A stretch of DNA of 64,000 nucleotides, taken from NCBI GenBank assembly GCA_963696395.1, contig CAVOJZ010000002.1, forward strand, positions 848,619 through 912,618, given 5' to 3'. Within the stretch, counting starts at the first letter, position 1, and the number at the start of each line of letters is the position of its first letter. Of this stretch, positions 50,101 through 59,177 are shown piece after piece. This stretch comes from an uncultured bacterium. Its GTDB lineage: Bacteria > Patescibacteriota > Minisyncoccia > UBA6257 > 2-01-FULL-56-20. The notes under the pieces were generated by a model. That model was given only the letters and a program-made list of their open reading frames with translations, searched no databases and was not told the origin of the DNA. The translations under genes were made by a program, and so were the position numbers.

Positions 50101-53100
50101 TGCGCAAAACCCGGTCATTTCCGGAGTTGCCGTAGTGGTTGAAAGCCAGACGACTGCCGGCATCACCTGGTCGACCGACAAATTATCCAACTCGCAGGTT
50201 CTCTACGGAACCACGTCCGGAAGCTATCCGTCGTCAAGCGCAATATTCGACCAGTCATATGTGACGACGCCGCACACGGTGGCGCTTTCAGGGTTAGCCG
50301 CGAACACAACGTACTACTTCGTCGCTCGTTCGGTTGACGACGTCGGGAACGCCGGCACCTCAACTCAGTCCACGTTTCAAACATTGCCGCCGACAGCACC
50401 TCAGATTTCAGGAATAAGTTCAACGACTTCCGATTTCGCCGCAACCGTCACGTGGTTGACGAACAGCGCCGCGGATTCCAAGGTGTACTACGGAACATCC
50501 AGTTCATCTCTCACGCTTCTTGCGGCAAGTTCGTCGCTCGTTACATCGCATTCTGTTCCAATTGCCGGCCTTGCACCCGGGACGAATTATTACTTCTATG
50601 TGCAGTCAACGGATGCGAGCAACAACACGACGATCGATAATAATCTCGGGGCGTACTATCCGTTTACAACCACGCATAGTCAGTTGCCGCTAATATCCGG
50701 GGTCAGTTCAAACGCGGTTACAACCACGAGCACTCTCGTAACCTGGAGCACAAATACGTCCGCAAATTCAGCCGTGTATTTTGCCACATCAACCGCCGGC
50801 GTGCTGGGATCGACGCCGATCGTAAATAGCTCATTGCTCACCAGCCATAGCATGCAGCTCACGAGCCTCATGCCGGGTACCCAATATTATTATGCCGTTC
50901 AATCGACTGATGGATTTGGAAATACAGCAACCGATACCAGTGGCGGCGCTTACTATTCGCTCACGACACTTCCGGCGGCAACGTTAATCACGGGTGTCGC
51001 GGCAACGTCAACGCCAACCTCGTTTATCGCTCAATGGACCACAAGCATTCCGGCGACTTCATATGTTTATTATTCCACGGCCACTTCGACCATCGGAACC
51101 GGAACTTCGGTCGGCAATGACACCCAAACAACCTCGCATTCGATAACGGTTCCGAATCTTACCGCGAGCACAACGTATTACTTCTACGTGAAGTCAACCG
51201 ATGCAAACGGCAATACGGCAACCGATACCAATGGCGGCTCGTATTATGCGGTCACCACGCTTCCCGGAATCGCCATTTCGAACGTCGCGGCGGCTCCGGC
51301 GGACACAAGCGTTTCTATTACATGGGACACGCAGGTTTCCGCCGATTCGTTCGTTTTTTACGGCACCGCCACCTCATCTCTCAATACTTCATTTGGAAGC
51401 TCAACGCTTGTTGGCGGGGTTGCGCCGTTCGCGCACTCGGTGCTTGTGACCGGCCTTACCCCTTCGACAACGTATTACTTTTATGTTCAATCAACTGATG
51501 CGAACGGCAACATCATGGTTGATAACAATAACGGAAATTATTACACGTTCACCACGACGTTTTCACAGCCTCCGGTTTTGAGCAATATCAATGTTTCCTA
51601 TCTCACCGGCGATACTGCGGCCATTTCGTGGACGACGGACAAACTGACGAATTCAGAAGTGGATTACGGGATCGCGAGCGGACAGGAAACCTCAAGCACT
51701 GCGTCATCGTCGCTTGCGACGAGCCATCAGATCTTCATTACCGGTCTTGCACCGCAGACAACGTATTATTACGTGGTCAGTTCTGTCGACGCGGAGGGGA
51801 ATGCCGCATCATCAACCGAGCTCACCTTTACAACGCAGACGCCGGTCTTCTCGAACGTAACAACGACCTATGCGGGAGACACGTCGGCAATCATTGCGTG
51901 GCAAACGACCATGGACTCCAACTCGTATGTCCATTACTTTGATCCGGCAGCCGGCGGGTCGTTGGCGATCGGTGTTGGAACGTCAACATTCGTTGGAGGG
52001 TCGGCTCCATTCCAGCACTCCATAGAAATTGACGGTTTGAATCCGGGAACAACCTATGAATATTATCTTGAATCAGACGACGCGAACGGCATTACTCATG
52101 TGGATGACAATTATAAGAATTACTACACCTTCGCAACCACCGACCATAGGCCACCGGTAATTACCGATATCCAAACGCCGATCATAAACCAGAGCTCGGC
52201 CATCATAACCTGGGCTACCGATAAGCTTTCGACAAGCCAGATAAATTGGGGCACCGCCTCCGGTGTTTACGGAACAAGCACGACGGTTGATCCGACGCTT
52301 ACGATTTATCACGCCGTCCCCCTCATGAATCTTGCGGCGTCAACCACCTATTATTTCCAGGCTGTTTCACAGACGAGCATCGGTAGCCAGGCGGTCTCGG
52401 GAGATAATTCGTTTTCAACGGAATCCGTTAATCAACCCATCATTGAAGGTTCCGGCGGTGGCATAATATATATTTATCCAGCTGTCGATACTACGCCGCC
52501 AGTCATCTCAGGCGTAACTGCGACAACGACGCCCTTTGACGCCACAATAAGTTTTTCGACCGATAAGCCGGCAATCGGTTTCGTGGAATATGGTTCGTCA
52601 ACGGACTATGCGTATGGCGCTGCCGACGGCGCTTTTAATGCCAGCCATACCATTCTGGCAAAAGGACTCGTAATGGGAACAACCTATCACTTCTATGTAA
52701 AAGCGATCGATAAATCGGGTAATGTGGCAACGACGACGGATCAAACGTTTACGACGCAATATCTAACAGAGGCATCCTTGTCGCAGACGACCACATTCGA
52801 AAATGCCTATCAATTTCAGCAGGAAATTGAGAATAGCATCGCATCGGCATTGCCAAGCCTTGTCCCGCCTTTCCTCGGTACGCCGATTATCAGCAGTACA
52901 ACGGAAAATAGTGCCACCATCAGCTGGACGACCAATATCAATTCGTATTCAATCGTTTACTATGCGGCGGACAGCGATTATAATAGTACGGCGAAAAATC
53001 CATATACATCTCAAACTTCGGACGTGAATACAAAAACAACCACTCACTCACTCACCCTGACCGGTCTTCAGCCGAACACGCTCTATCACGTTATGGCAGA

Positions 53101-53827
53101 GTCTTTCAGCATTCCTGGAGTTTTTGGCAAGAGTGGAGATATCACCTTTACGACAGCCGCTTCAAAAGTAACGGCCCAGGTGAGTGATATCACGCCCGCA
53201 AGCTTCCGCATTTCGTGGACGACTGACGAACCAACCAATTCTGTGGTTCAATATAAAGATATGACAACCGGTCTCACCCAGACGATTACCGATGACACGA
53301 TGACGACACTTCATGCCGTGGATGTTCCGAATCTCGAATCAGCCAGGACGTATGAGGTTTCCGCCTCCGGTTTTACCGCCTCCGGAAATTCGGTGCCGGC
53401 GGAAAATCTGATAACCGTGCGAACCACAAAAGATGTGACGCCGCCGAAGATCGCTAATATCAAAATCCAGACGATCATCGATCCTCAATCACCGAATGTT
53501 GCACAGGCGCTGGTTGGCTGGACAACCGATAAGCCGGCAAACTCCACGGTTCGCTACGACGCAGGAGTGGGAGGAGCAACGTCAACTTTCTCGCACACCC
53601 TTCAGGATCTTACGAGCTACACCATGAGCCACGTCATTGTGGTGCCAAATCTTGCGCCGGGATCGATCTATCGTATCCAGATTTCCTCCACGGATGAGGC
53701 AAGCAATACCACGACGTTCCCGACGCAAACCATCGTGGTCTCGCAGCAATCACAGTCGATTCTGGATGTTATCCTCAACAATTTCGAAAACACATTCCAG
53801 TTCCTGCAAAACGTCCAACAACCCTAA
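44156..53827 (+). CDS. Giant secreted/surface protein (3223 aa): two glycine-rich modules, DUF4082-like domain, ~20 FN3/purple-acid-phosphatase-N-like repeats
   Basis: Signal peptide (ANA-L); VAGGGGG..GGGGGYFGGG..GGGGSGF twice; repeated W.T....S.V.Y....H.V...GL...T.YY.V.S.D..GN. Confidence 0.88.
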   Translation: MKRRRGFQKTISIGVAIFSVLIFLATNFDVANALTYTFSQSNWSGGVNGGTLQSPTTSSTQYASVSNVIAGTNTITLATSSLSITQTSDADFNAGTFASTTETGVAASGSVILVAAPAATTTLVYSYTGATSTFTVPTGVTSITIHAVGAGGENGYASGGAGGSSTGTLAVTPGQIFYIVVGGTGVASSSGNYIGGYGGGGSGFGGAGDGGGGGMTWFGASSTIGTSTSTSQVILVAGGGGGSGENSLYSGAAGGGSSGAAAGTGGGGGTQVAGGAAGAGGGDSAGSFGQGGNSPPAAGQGGGGGGGYFGGGGGSCNSGCSNSAGGGGSGFIKNTLTNATTTLGTGAASSTNGSLTITYGPARVTSYSYTGATSTFTVPTGVTSITIHAVGATVAASASEGGASTGTLAVTPGQTYYIVVGGQNSGANGGYGGGGTGAINGGAGMTWFGASSTIGTSTSTSQVILVAGGGGSDGVGGGANGGSEGSGGGGGGGTQLAGGAGGIDESDGNPGSFGRGGSESGNGGGDGGGGGYFGGGQGGYYEDGGTSDAGGGGSGFIKNTLTNATTTQGIIGPSGNGSLSVTDIPPGLYVASGTFVSSAINATNFSWGTISWVNSGSASTTITMQARSAATSAGLSAKAWGSCAAITSGGLLTSGNCVTNGDSYIQYQATLSTASSTQSPSLDSVTMTYVGYVASGTLVSQPFNTGDPTDAIGELDWTEATSTGAGVTVSLRSASTSAGLSSASWQNFTDQTPGATNVAVTSSIYTHTTQGEQTNDGSNCNDEIGTQFNTSQNGSITAIQFYKDPNDTITHIGNIWDASTTALLASTTFINESASGWQTQNLASPLSVTAGKQYIVSYGSKVCPSTASGVLPLTNGPLTLPVSAHAYYAGLNKLDAFPNTHEINGIYDLTDVVFSYQVASNVTVPNAVIPSALESNSQYWQYMVTESSTGASTPTVSNVTVKYVINAPPQFNTAIGGGTGVAVSELNGTSSNPGLVQFQFSALDPDADSDGASGGHATSTVTPSYQYSLNGGATWNTMNTFITPNATSDIVMATNTYSPTSTIVWNAAADVGSQYTGNAEIAVTLNDHQLANNTATATSTAFVLDTKAPVINSLTMDASQGTINYNFADNSSFSYRLSASPFATSTPTSSLPFVAVNGNATSVSNYAFNFIATSSPVISIEVEDIYGNDAYQTFTGPVEPTGLAVKDISNRQTGVFGVYLSWATSTIGSFKQYDIFRSTGGSFSQIATNVSVGSTTYADYGLSSSTAYYYKIRVEDTNGNISAFTPQFFITPTGSGGGPAISSVSANPGDTNAIVNWNTNILPASSYVYYSTSPVMAAPVSIVAAVATSGPPFVNTANLINLTPSSTYYYYVQSTDSQGNTTIDNNSGNYYSFKATNSQPPVISNIQITPTQNAADIRWQTSKPSNSAVYFGTSSGQETTSVSSTVSLTTTPEVLLTGLQASTTYYYYLYSADSLNHVATTTESFFSTSQFAPIISGVTNAAVTTSTVTVTWTTDKSSNSFIFYSATTTPSSFVGVAGNSTTTAHTVTATGLTPTTTYYYYVQSTDPSGDIGTDNNNGMYYTVKTALDTSPPTISGIQTPSLGQTVATVTWDTNKPASSQVFYGTSSVAYAFSSPMDGTLLTAHSVSLSNLAAATPYYFMVRSTDQYGNSATSTQQTFTTLTLPGPQITSVTVASTSDFGATVAWTTNTNSDSHVYYSTSTNSFANSAGSAQLVGGIAPFAHSVSLTGLTPSTTYYFYVQSTDVNNNTSIDKNGGVYYSLATTNNANPTISNIAASSLTASSSIITWSTDKLSNSQVLYGTTSGSYPSSTIIQDNNPRVTAHSVAITGLAANTEYYYVVRSTDSAGNSSQSAEQNFTTVTPAGPQISSVVAASTSDFGATITWITNTNSDSHVYYSDSTSTFTLSSGSGSLVGGTPPYQHSVTISGLSPSSTYYFYVQSVDAYNNSSIDKNGGSYYSFFTTNAQNPVISGVAVVVESQTTAGITWSTDKLSNSQVLYGTTSGSYPSSSAIFDQSYVTTPHTVALSGLAANTTYYFVARSVDDVGNAGTSTQSTFQTLPPTAPQISGISSTTSDFAATVTWLTNSAADSKVYYGTSSSSLTLLAASSSLVTSHSVPIAGLAPGTNYYFYVQSTDASNNTTIDNNLGAYYPFTTTHSQLPLISGVSSNAVTTTSTLVTWSTNTSANSAVYFATSTAGVLGSTPIVNSSLLTSHSMQLTSLMPGTQYYYAVQSTDGFGNTATDTSGGAYYSLTTLPAATLITGVAATSTPTSFIAQWTTSIPATSYVYYSTATSTIGTGTSVGNDTQTTSHSITVPNLTASTTYYFYVKSTDANGNTATDTNGGSYYAVTTLPGIAISNVAAAPADTSVSITWDTQVSADSFVFYGTATSSLNTSFGSSTLVGGVAPFAHSVLVTGLTPSTTYYFYVQSTDANGNIMVDNNNGNYYTFTTTFSQPPVLSNINVSYLTGDTAAISWTTDKLTNSEVDYGIASGQETSSTASSSLATSHQIFITGLAPQTTYYYVVSSVDAEGNAASSTELTFTTQTPVFSNVTTTYAGDTSAIIAWQTTMDSNSYVHYFDPAAGGSLAIGVGTSTFVGGSAPFQHSIEIDGLNPGTTYEYYLESDDANGITHVDDNYKNYYTFATTDHRPPVITDIQTPIINQSSAIITWATDKLSTSQINWGTASGVYGTSTTVDPTLTIYHAVPLMNLAASTTYYFQAVSQTSIGSQAVSGDNSFSTESVNQPIIEGSGGGIIYIYPAVDTTPPVISGVTATTTPFDATISFSTDKPAIGFVEYGSSTDYAYGAADGAFNASHTILAKGLVMGTTYHFYVKAIDKSGNVATTTDQTFTTQYLTEASLSQTTTFENAYQFQQEIENSIASALPSLVPPFLGTPIISSTTENSATISWTTNINSYSIVYYAADSDYNSTAKNPYTSQTSDVNTKTTTHSLTLTGLQPNTLYHVMAESFSIPGVFGKSGDITFTTAASKVTAQVSDITPASFRISWTTDEPTNSVVQYKDMTTGLTQTITDDTMTTLHAVDVPNLESARTYEVSASGFTASGNSVPAENLITVRTTKDVTPPKIANIKIQTIIDPQSPNVAQALVGWTTDKPANSTVRYDAGVGGATSTFSHTLQDLTSYTMSHVIVVPNLAPGSIYRIQISSTDEASNTTTFPTQTIVVSQQSQSILDVILNNFENTFQFLQNVQQP

Positions 53828-54267
53828 TGCCGAATGCAAAACTCAAAGTATTACTCGTTGACGACGATGAGATAATCAGGATTTACTTCCACGATATTTT
53901 TTGGATCTACGGCTTTGAAAGCCGATGCGATCTCGCGATTGCGGCAAACCTCGACGATGCTGATCGAATAGTAATGGATCCGGCAACCCGCCCGGATGTT
54001 ATTTTCCTTGACCTCGCTCTTCCAAAGAAAGTCGGGGAGAGAACGCTTATCGATCCGAAGTACAGCTTCGAATTTTTGGAAAAAATAAAAAAAGATCCGG
54101 AACTGCATAAGATAAAGGTAATGATTTTTTCTGGCCACTCGGAAAAAGAATACGTAGATGAGGCAAAAGCACGCGGTGCGGATGGTTACATCCATAAAGA
54201 ACAAAGCCTCCCCAAGGATCTTATAGCCACCATCAATAGTGTTATCAACGGTATCAAAAAATCATGA
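53827..54267 (+). CDS. Single-domain response regulator (receiver)
   Basis: VLLVDDD, IFLDL (phosphoacceptor Asp), FS, GADGYIHK. Confidence 0.88.
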   Translation: MPNAKLKVLLVDDDEIIRIYFHDIFWIYGFESRCDLAIAANLDDADRIVMDPATRPDVIFLDLALPKKVGERTLIDPKYSFEFLEKIKKDPELHKIKVMIFSGHSEKEYVDEAKARGADGYIHKEQSLPKDLIATINSVINGIKKS

Positions 54268-55568
54268 CCGAGCCGATTATCAAGCTGGAAAATGTGAATT
54301 TCTGGTACGATCGCGGGAAGCCGAACGAATACCACGCCTTGAAAGATGTTTCGTGTGAAATTTATCCCGGGGAGTATGCCGCTTTTTTTGGCTCGTCCGG
54401 CTCCGGCAAAACAACACTTCTTTATCTCATAGCAGGCATCGAACAGGGTCAGGAGGGCAAGATTATGATAAACGGGCGCGATATTTCGACCTTCACCAAG
54501 CAGGAACTTGCGATTTACCGCCAGATTGGCGTCGGCATGGTGTTCCAGCAATTCAACCTCATTCCATCGCTTACCGTTGTCCAGAATGTTATTTTGCCGA
54601 TGTCGTTTCTTGGTGCTGCGGAAAGCCGTGCCAAGAAAGAGGCGATGGAGCTTTTGAAGCGGGTCGGCATTGACCATCTTGCGGATCGTTACCCGAGTGA
54701 ATTATCGGGCGGCCAACAGCAGCGTGTCGGTATTGTCCGGGCGCTCGCCAATAACCCGCCGATTATTGTTGCCGACGAACCGCTTGGAAATCTCGACTCC
54801 ACAAACGCAGAAACCGTACTTCAATTCCTGAAAGAGTTGAACGAAAAAGATGGCCGGACCGTAATCATGGTTACTCACGAGGCCTGGAGTCTTCGCGATG
54901 CCAAGAAGGTTTTCTATATCAAAGACGGCGCTGTCACAAAGGAAGCTGCGGGCGATCCCAAAAAGGTCAGCGAAACGCTCTCACGAAGGATGTATGGTAA
55001 GCTTGCTCCCGAGCTGTCACAGAATCAGCTTACGGCGCACACTTTTTCAAATCTTTTTTTGCGCGGGTATTCCGATCCGGAACTTAAGCGCTTTGAATTT
55101 TTCCTGAACCAGCGCTTGGATAGTAAAATCGAACCCGATGTTTTTGCGATGGTTCTGCACCGGCCGTGGCGCGAAGGGGGACTAGGTTTGTGGAAACAAA
55201 AAGCGGCGCGGGTTGCGACGTGGGTTGAAGACGTGATCGAAAAGCGCCGCGAAGTGAGTGATGTATATAAAGAGCTGGAGCTCCACCCCGAATCGCCTCT
55301 GCGCGACGATGTCGAAAAATTGAAGGCGTGGCTTTTGGGAGAATATTCGGGAAAAGTTTCGGAATTACAAAATGACCAGTTAACGGAACTCGTAAATGAG
55401 CGGATAAGAGGGATCATAACGCCCGAGAACCTGTTTTCAATTTTGAGTTTGCCGCGCAGTAAATCCGGGCTGGGCTTTTCAACGCGAACCGCGAGGCGCA
55501 TCGATGAAAAGTTGGAATTTATTTTAAAGGAAGGCCATCCGGATGTGTCATCATTTTCCACCGTATAA
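54264..55568 (+). CDS. MacB/LolD-type ABC ATPase with ~200-aa C-terminal extension
   Basis: GSSGSGKTT, LSGGQQQRV, ADEPLGNLD, VTHE. Confidence 0.92.
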   Translation: MTEPIIKLENVNFWYDRGKPNEYHALKDVSCEIYPGEYAAFFGSSGSGKTTLLYLIAGIEQGQEGKIMINGRDISTFTKQELAIYRQIGVGMVFQQFNLIPSLTVVQNVILPMSFLGAAESRAKKEAMELLKRVGIDHLADRYPSELSGGQQQRVGIVRALANNPPIIVADEPLGNLDSTNAETVLQFLKELNEKDGRTVIMVTHEAWSLRDAKKVFYIKDGAVTKEAAGDPKKVSETLSRRMYGKLAPELSQNQLTAHTFSNLFLRGYSDPELKRFEFFLNQRLDSKIEPDVFAMVLHRPWREGGLGLWKQKAARVATWVEDVIEKRREVSDVYKELELHPESPLRDDVEKLKAWLLGEYSGKVSELQNDQLTELVNERIRGIITPENLFSILSLPRSKSGLGFSTRTARRIDEKLEFILKEGHPDVSSFSTV

Positions 55569-55573
55569 AACCC

Positions 55574-56797
55574 ATGATACAAAAAGAAATCGTTCCTCAT
55601 CAGCTTGGTATCCGTGATCTTGTGCGGCTTTCTGTACGAAGTTTTTCTGCAAAACCGACACGCACCATCCTCACGATTGTCGGAACGTCGGTTGGTATTG
55701 CCACGGTTGTGGTTCTTGTTTCGCTCGGATATGGGTTGCAGGGTATTTTGCTCGGAAAGCTCATTACCACGCCGCAATCGCTCATAACCTGCTGTGCCTC
55801 ATACCCTTCGGACAGCAGCCTCGTTATAGATCAGGCGAAAGTTGACGCAACTTCAAAACTTCCCGACGTTGCCGAGGTGAGTCCGGAGGCCGAATTTCCG
55901 GGCGCCGTGGAGCTGCCAGGCGGCGCTTCCGGCCTTGTCCTAGTGGACATCGCCGATTCAAACTATTTCCCGTTGTCAGGAGATCTGCCCGATATTGGCA
56001 AAGGATTCGGACCATCGGGCGGTGTCATCATAACGAGCCAGGCGCTGCGACTGCTCGACCTCTCATCAACAGCTTCCACGCTCGGCAAGGAGGTTCTTGT
56101 AACCGCTTTCTATCCCGGTCCCGCAGGAGGCAATGCCTATGACGTCACTTCGACAACTGCAGTCCCGATTACCGGCATTGTTGTCAATAACGCGGAAACG
56201 CCGACCATTATCGTTTCGAACACTTCATTTCCGGTTGCCCCGCCTTATTACAAACAGGTTTATGTCGAAGCAAAAAATGATTCGGCGTTCACCGATTTGC
56301 GAAGCACGCTCGTCGGACAGGGGTTTGTGATTTCCGCCCACATTGATCTCGTCCGACAGGCTCAGCAAGTGACAAACATTATTACGATCATACTCGGCAT
56401 CTTTGGCATCGCTGCACTTCTCGTTTCGGCGATCGGCATGTTCAATACGATGATCGTCGGATTTCTCGAACGAACATACGAAGTTGGAGTTATGAAGGCG
56501 CTTGGCGCCACAGATAGCGACGTGCGGCGTTTGTTTTTGACCGAGGCGCTTGTCATGGGCGTTGCCGGAGGTATTGTCGGCATCGTACTTGGCGTCGGGA
56601 TTGGGTGGCTTCTTAATCTTGTCGTGAGCCTTGTCTCCCAGCATTACGGCGGCGGCGCTTTTACTTTATTTGTGTCGCCTCTCTGGTTTATACTGGTTGT
56701 TATTGGCGTATCGGCTCTGATCGGCCTCGCAGCCGGATTTATTCCCGCGCGGCGCGCGACTCAGCTTTCGCCAAAAGAAGCATTCGTCAGGAAGTAG
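55574..56797 (+). CDS. MacB/FtsX-family ABC permease
   Basis: RT.LT..G..VG.A, periplasmic domain, ERT.EVG.MKALGA, F..EA, PARRA..L.P.EA. Confidence 0.92.
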   Translation: MIQKEIVPHQLGIRDLVRLSVRSFSAKPTRTILTIVGTSVGIATVVVLVSLGYGLQGILLGKLITTPQSLITCCASYPSDSSLVIDQAKVDATSKLPDVAEVSPEAEFPGAVELPGGASGLVLVDIADSNYFPLSGDLPDIGKGFGPSGGVIITSQALRLLDLSSTASTLGKEVLVTAFYPGPAGGNAYDVTSTTAVPITGIVVNNAETPTIIVSNTSFPVAPPYYKQVYVEAKNDSAFTDLRSTLVGQGFVISAHIDLVRQAQQVTNIITIILGIFGIAALLVSAIGMFNTMIVGFLERTYEVGVMKALGATDSDVRRLFLTEALVMGVAGGIVGIVLGVGIGWLLNLVVSLVSQHYGGGAFTLFVSPLWFILVVIGVSALIGLAAGFIPARRATQLSPKEAFVRK

Positions 56798-56809
56798 TCG
56801 TTTCCCGGC

Positions 56810-57781
56810 ATGAAATACGATATTTATTTTCATAATGATTTTGATGGCCGCGCGTGCGCCGCTGTTATGCTCGCTTTTTTACGCAGTCGCGGGGACGACA
56901 TTGAGCACTGCACGGCAGTGAATTATTACCTTCAGGCGGAATGGTTGGACGAGCGTTTTTTCGAAAAACACACTTTTTTCAAAGGAAAGCGGAACCCCGC
57001 TATCGTCGTGGATTTCCTTTATCATCCGAAAGCCGCATGGTGGTTCGATCATCATCCGACCACGTTTAAAAAAGAGGCATGGGGAAAGAACTATAAAGCC
57101 GATAAACAGCACAGCCTGAAACCGCAGTATCCTTCGTGTACACATCTCGTTCTGGCATCGCTCGAGAAAAATTTTGCCTGGCACCCGCCGAAGCATATCG
57201 TTGAACTCGTGAAGTGGCTGGATGTCATCGATGGCGCCAATTACCGATCCGCCCGCCAGACGATAGAAGTAAAGGAACCTGCTTTACAGGTGGATGAATT
57301 CATTGAGCGGAAAGCGCATAGCAGCGCCGAGGACGCCCGCATAATTGATTTGCTTTCCCGTCTCCCGCTTAAAAATATTGCGGCCCTGCCTGAAGTCAAG
57401 AAGTTTGTTTCTTGGATCAAAAAGGAAGACAAAAAGGGCCTCGTCTTTTGCCGGGAGAATGCCAGGATCGTTGGGGGAGTTTGCTCATTGGACCGAAGCA
57501 AATCTGCGCTGAAATTTCCGCATTTTGCTTTGCAATATCTTTTCCCTCGAATTGTGTATTTTATCAGAATAAGCGAACGGGACGGACTCTATCACATCAA
57601 TCTCGGTGTTAGTCCTTGGAAACGGGATAAAAGCACAATACGCGTTGATAGAATCCTAAAGCAATTCGGCGGTGGCGGACACAAAGATGTCGGAGGTGTT
57701 GAATTTAAAACGCACAGCGAAGCTCTTTCGGCAATGTCCGCCATAATCGCAATCATTAATCGTTCTCCGGAGCATGCCTAA
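56810..57781 (+). CDS. DHH-family phosphoesterase
   Basis: HNDFDG, VVDF, WFDHH, GGGGH. Confidence 0.8.
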   Translation: MKYDIYFHNDFDGRACAAVMLAFLRSRGDDIEHCTAVNYYLQAEWLDERFFEKHTFFKGKRNPAIVVDFLYHPKAAWWFDHHPTTFKKEAWGKNYKADKQHSLKPQYPSCTHLVLASLEKNFAWHPPKHIVELVKWLDVIDGANYRSARQTIEVKEPALQVDEFIERKAHSSAEDARIIDLLSRLPLKNIAALPEVKKFVSWIKKEDKKGLVFCRENARIVGGVCSLDRSKSALKFPHFALQYLFPRIVYFIRISERDGLYHINLGVSPWKRDKSTIRVDRILKQFGGGGHKDVGGVEFKTHSEALSAMSAIIAIINRSPEHA

Positions 57782-58388
57782 AAAACAAAAGTATTACGCC
57801 TATTTCATCCCCGGCAAAAATAGTTCCGGCGTGGTGTCTGATTGGAAGGAATGCGAAAAGATGGTTAAAGGGGTATACGGAGCGCGGTTTAAGGCATTTG
57901 AAGCAAAACCAGAAGCGGAGGCATGGCTTCGCACCGGCGCGCGGTATGAACTAAAAACGCAGCCTAAATTGCGACCGGGGATCTATTTTGATGCCGGGAC
58001 GGGGCGGGGGGACGGCGTGGAGATCAGCGTGACGGACGAGCATGGTAAAAATCTCCTGCATAAAGTGCTTTCAAAAAGGGCAGTTAACCGTTTCGGAAAG
58101 CATGTGATCGGAAATGAGGCGGCTACGAATAATTATGGCGAACTTCTTGCGTTGAAATATGCGCTTGAAATTGCGCACAAGGAAAAAATCAAAAAGGTAT
58201 TCGGGGACAGCAAGCTGGTCATCGAGTTTTGGTCGCAGTGGCGTATAAAGCGAAACGATCTTCCGGAGGATACTGTTGATCTCGCTGACGAGGTTTCCGC
58301 ATTGAGGGAAACATTTGAAGCCAATGGCGGCGTGATCGAACGGATTTCCGGCGATTATAATCCGGCAGATCTCGGATTTCACTCGTAG
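57774..58388 (+). CDS. rnhA: Ribonuclease HI with N-terminal hybrid-binding (viroplasmin) domain
   Basis: KYYA..GV..W.EC...V.G...FK.F...EA..W; catalytic YFDAG, TNNYGEL, GDS, NPAD. Confidence 0.82.
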   Translation: MPKKQKYYAYFIPGKNSSGVVSDWKECEKMVKGVYGARFKAFEAKPEAEAWLRTGARYELKTQPKLRPGIYFDAGTGRGDGVEISVTDEHGKNLLHKVLSKRAVNRFGKHVIGNEAATNNYGELLALKYALEIAHKEKIKKVFGDSKLVIEFWSQWRIKRNDLPEDTVDLADEVSALRETFEANGGVIERISGDYNPADLGFHS

Positions 58389-58434
58389 TTATAAAAAATC
58401 GCCGACGCATAGCTATCGCGTCGGCGCGGGTATT

Positions 58435-58599
58435 CTATTTTCGTACCTTGCTCCGCCTTTTGCCGAATGTGCGGAATTTTTCGGGCGGGTTAATGCGGGG
58501 TTTGGTTTGGTGGTGGGGAAGAATACGTCTTGGGACTTCTTCAGGAGGCTCGGCAAAAGGACCATCGGCAGCATGCAGGTGGGACTTGCGTTTCCACAT
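58435..58599 (-). CDS. Putative small basic Pro/Arg-rich protein (54 aa)
   Basis: AAAGGAG upstream (long spacing); minus-strand hairpin+T terminator at ~58393-58426. Confidence 0.4.
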   Translation of the reverse strand: MWKRKSHLHAADGPFAEPPEEVPRRILPHHQTKPRINPPEKFRTFGKRRSKVRK

Positions 58600-58729
58600 C
58601 GTTTTCTTGTCTTCTCCTTTTACGAAAATAATAAATCGCACTTGTAGCGCGATGGAACTGTTTCTTATGATACGCCGGCGTCGTATCGCGTCAATAGATT
58701 TTTTTCCACAGGCATGCTATCATGACTAT

Positions 58730-59118
58730 CGGCAATCCAGACGATCGCTCTTCGTTCCGCAAAACGGTGGCGAGGGGAGGAAAGTCCGGACACTCACATT
58801 GCGAAAGCAGTGATAACAATGTAGCAGCTAACAGCTGTCTGCCGTAAGGCAAGAGATGCGATCAGTGACGCCCGTGCTTGAAAAGGCGCGGGGAGCCCTA
58901 TCCCAAGCTTGATGGCTCAATTCCGCCATAGGGATGACAAAGCGGAGGTGAAACGGCAAAATTCTTACAGAGTGCAAGGCCGCGCCTCATGCGCCGCGAA
59001 AGCGATGCATGAGGAGTGCCGCTCGAGTCCGCGAGTGATCAAGGACCCAGATAAATGATCGTCCCTCGCGCGTTGCGAAGCAATGTGCGGGCGACAGAAT
59101 CCGGCTTACGGATTGCCG
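58730..59118 (+). ncRNA. rnpB: RNase P RNA
   Basis: P1 helix CGGCAATCC/GGATTGCCG; GAGGAAAGTCCGG and ACAGAATCCGGCTTA conserved regions; TGcTATCAT promoter upstream. Confidence 0.95.
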
Positions 59119-59124
59119 CATGCG

Positions 59125-59149
59125 AAACCCGCCCAAAAGGCGGGTTTTT
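59125..59149 (+). terminator. rnpB terminator
   Basis: AAACCCGCCC-aaaa-GGGCGGGTTTTT. Confidence 0.85.
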
Positions 59150-59177
59150 GCTGTGCGGTGAATGTTAGACTAATAGT

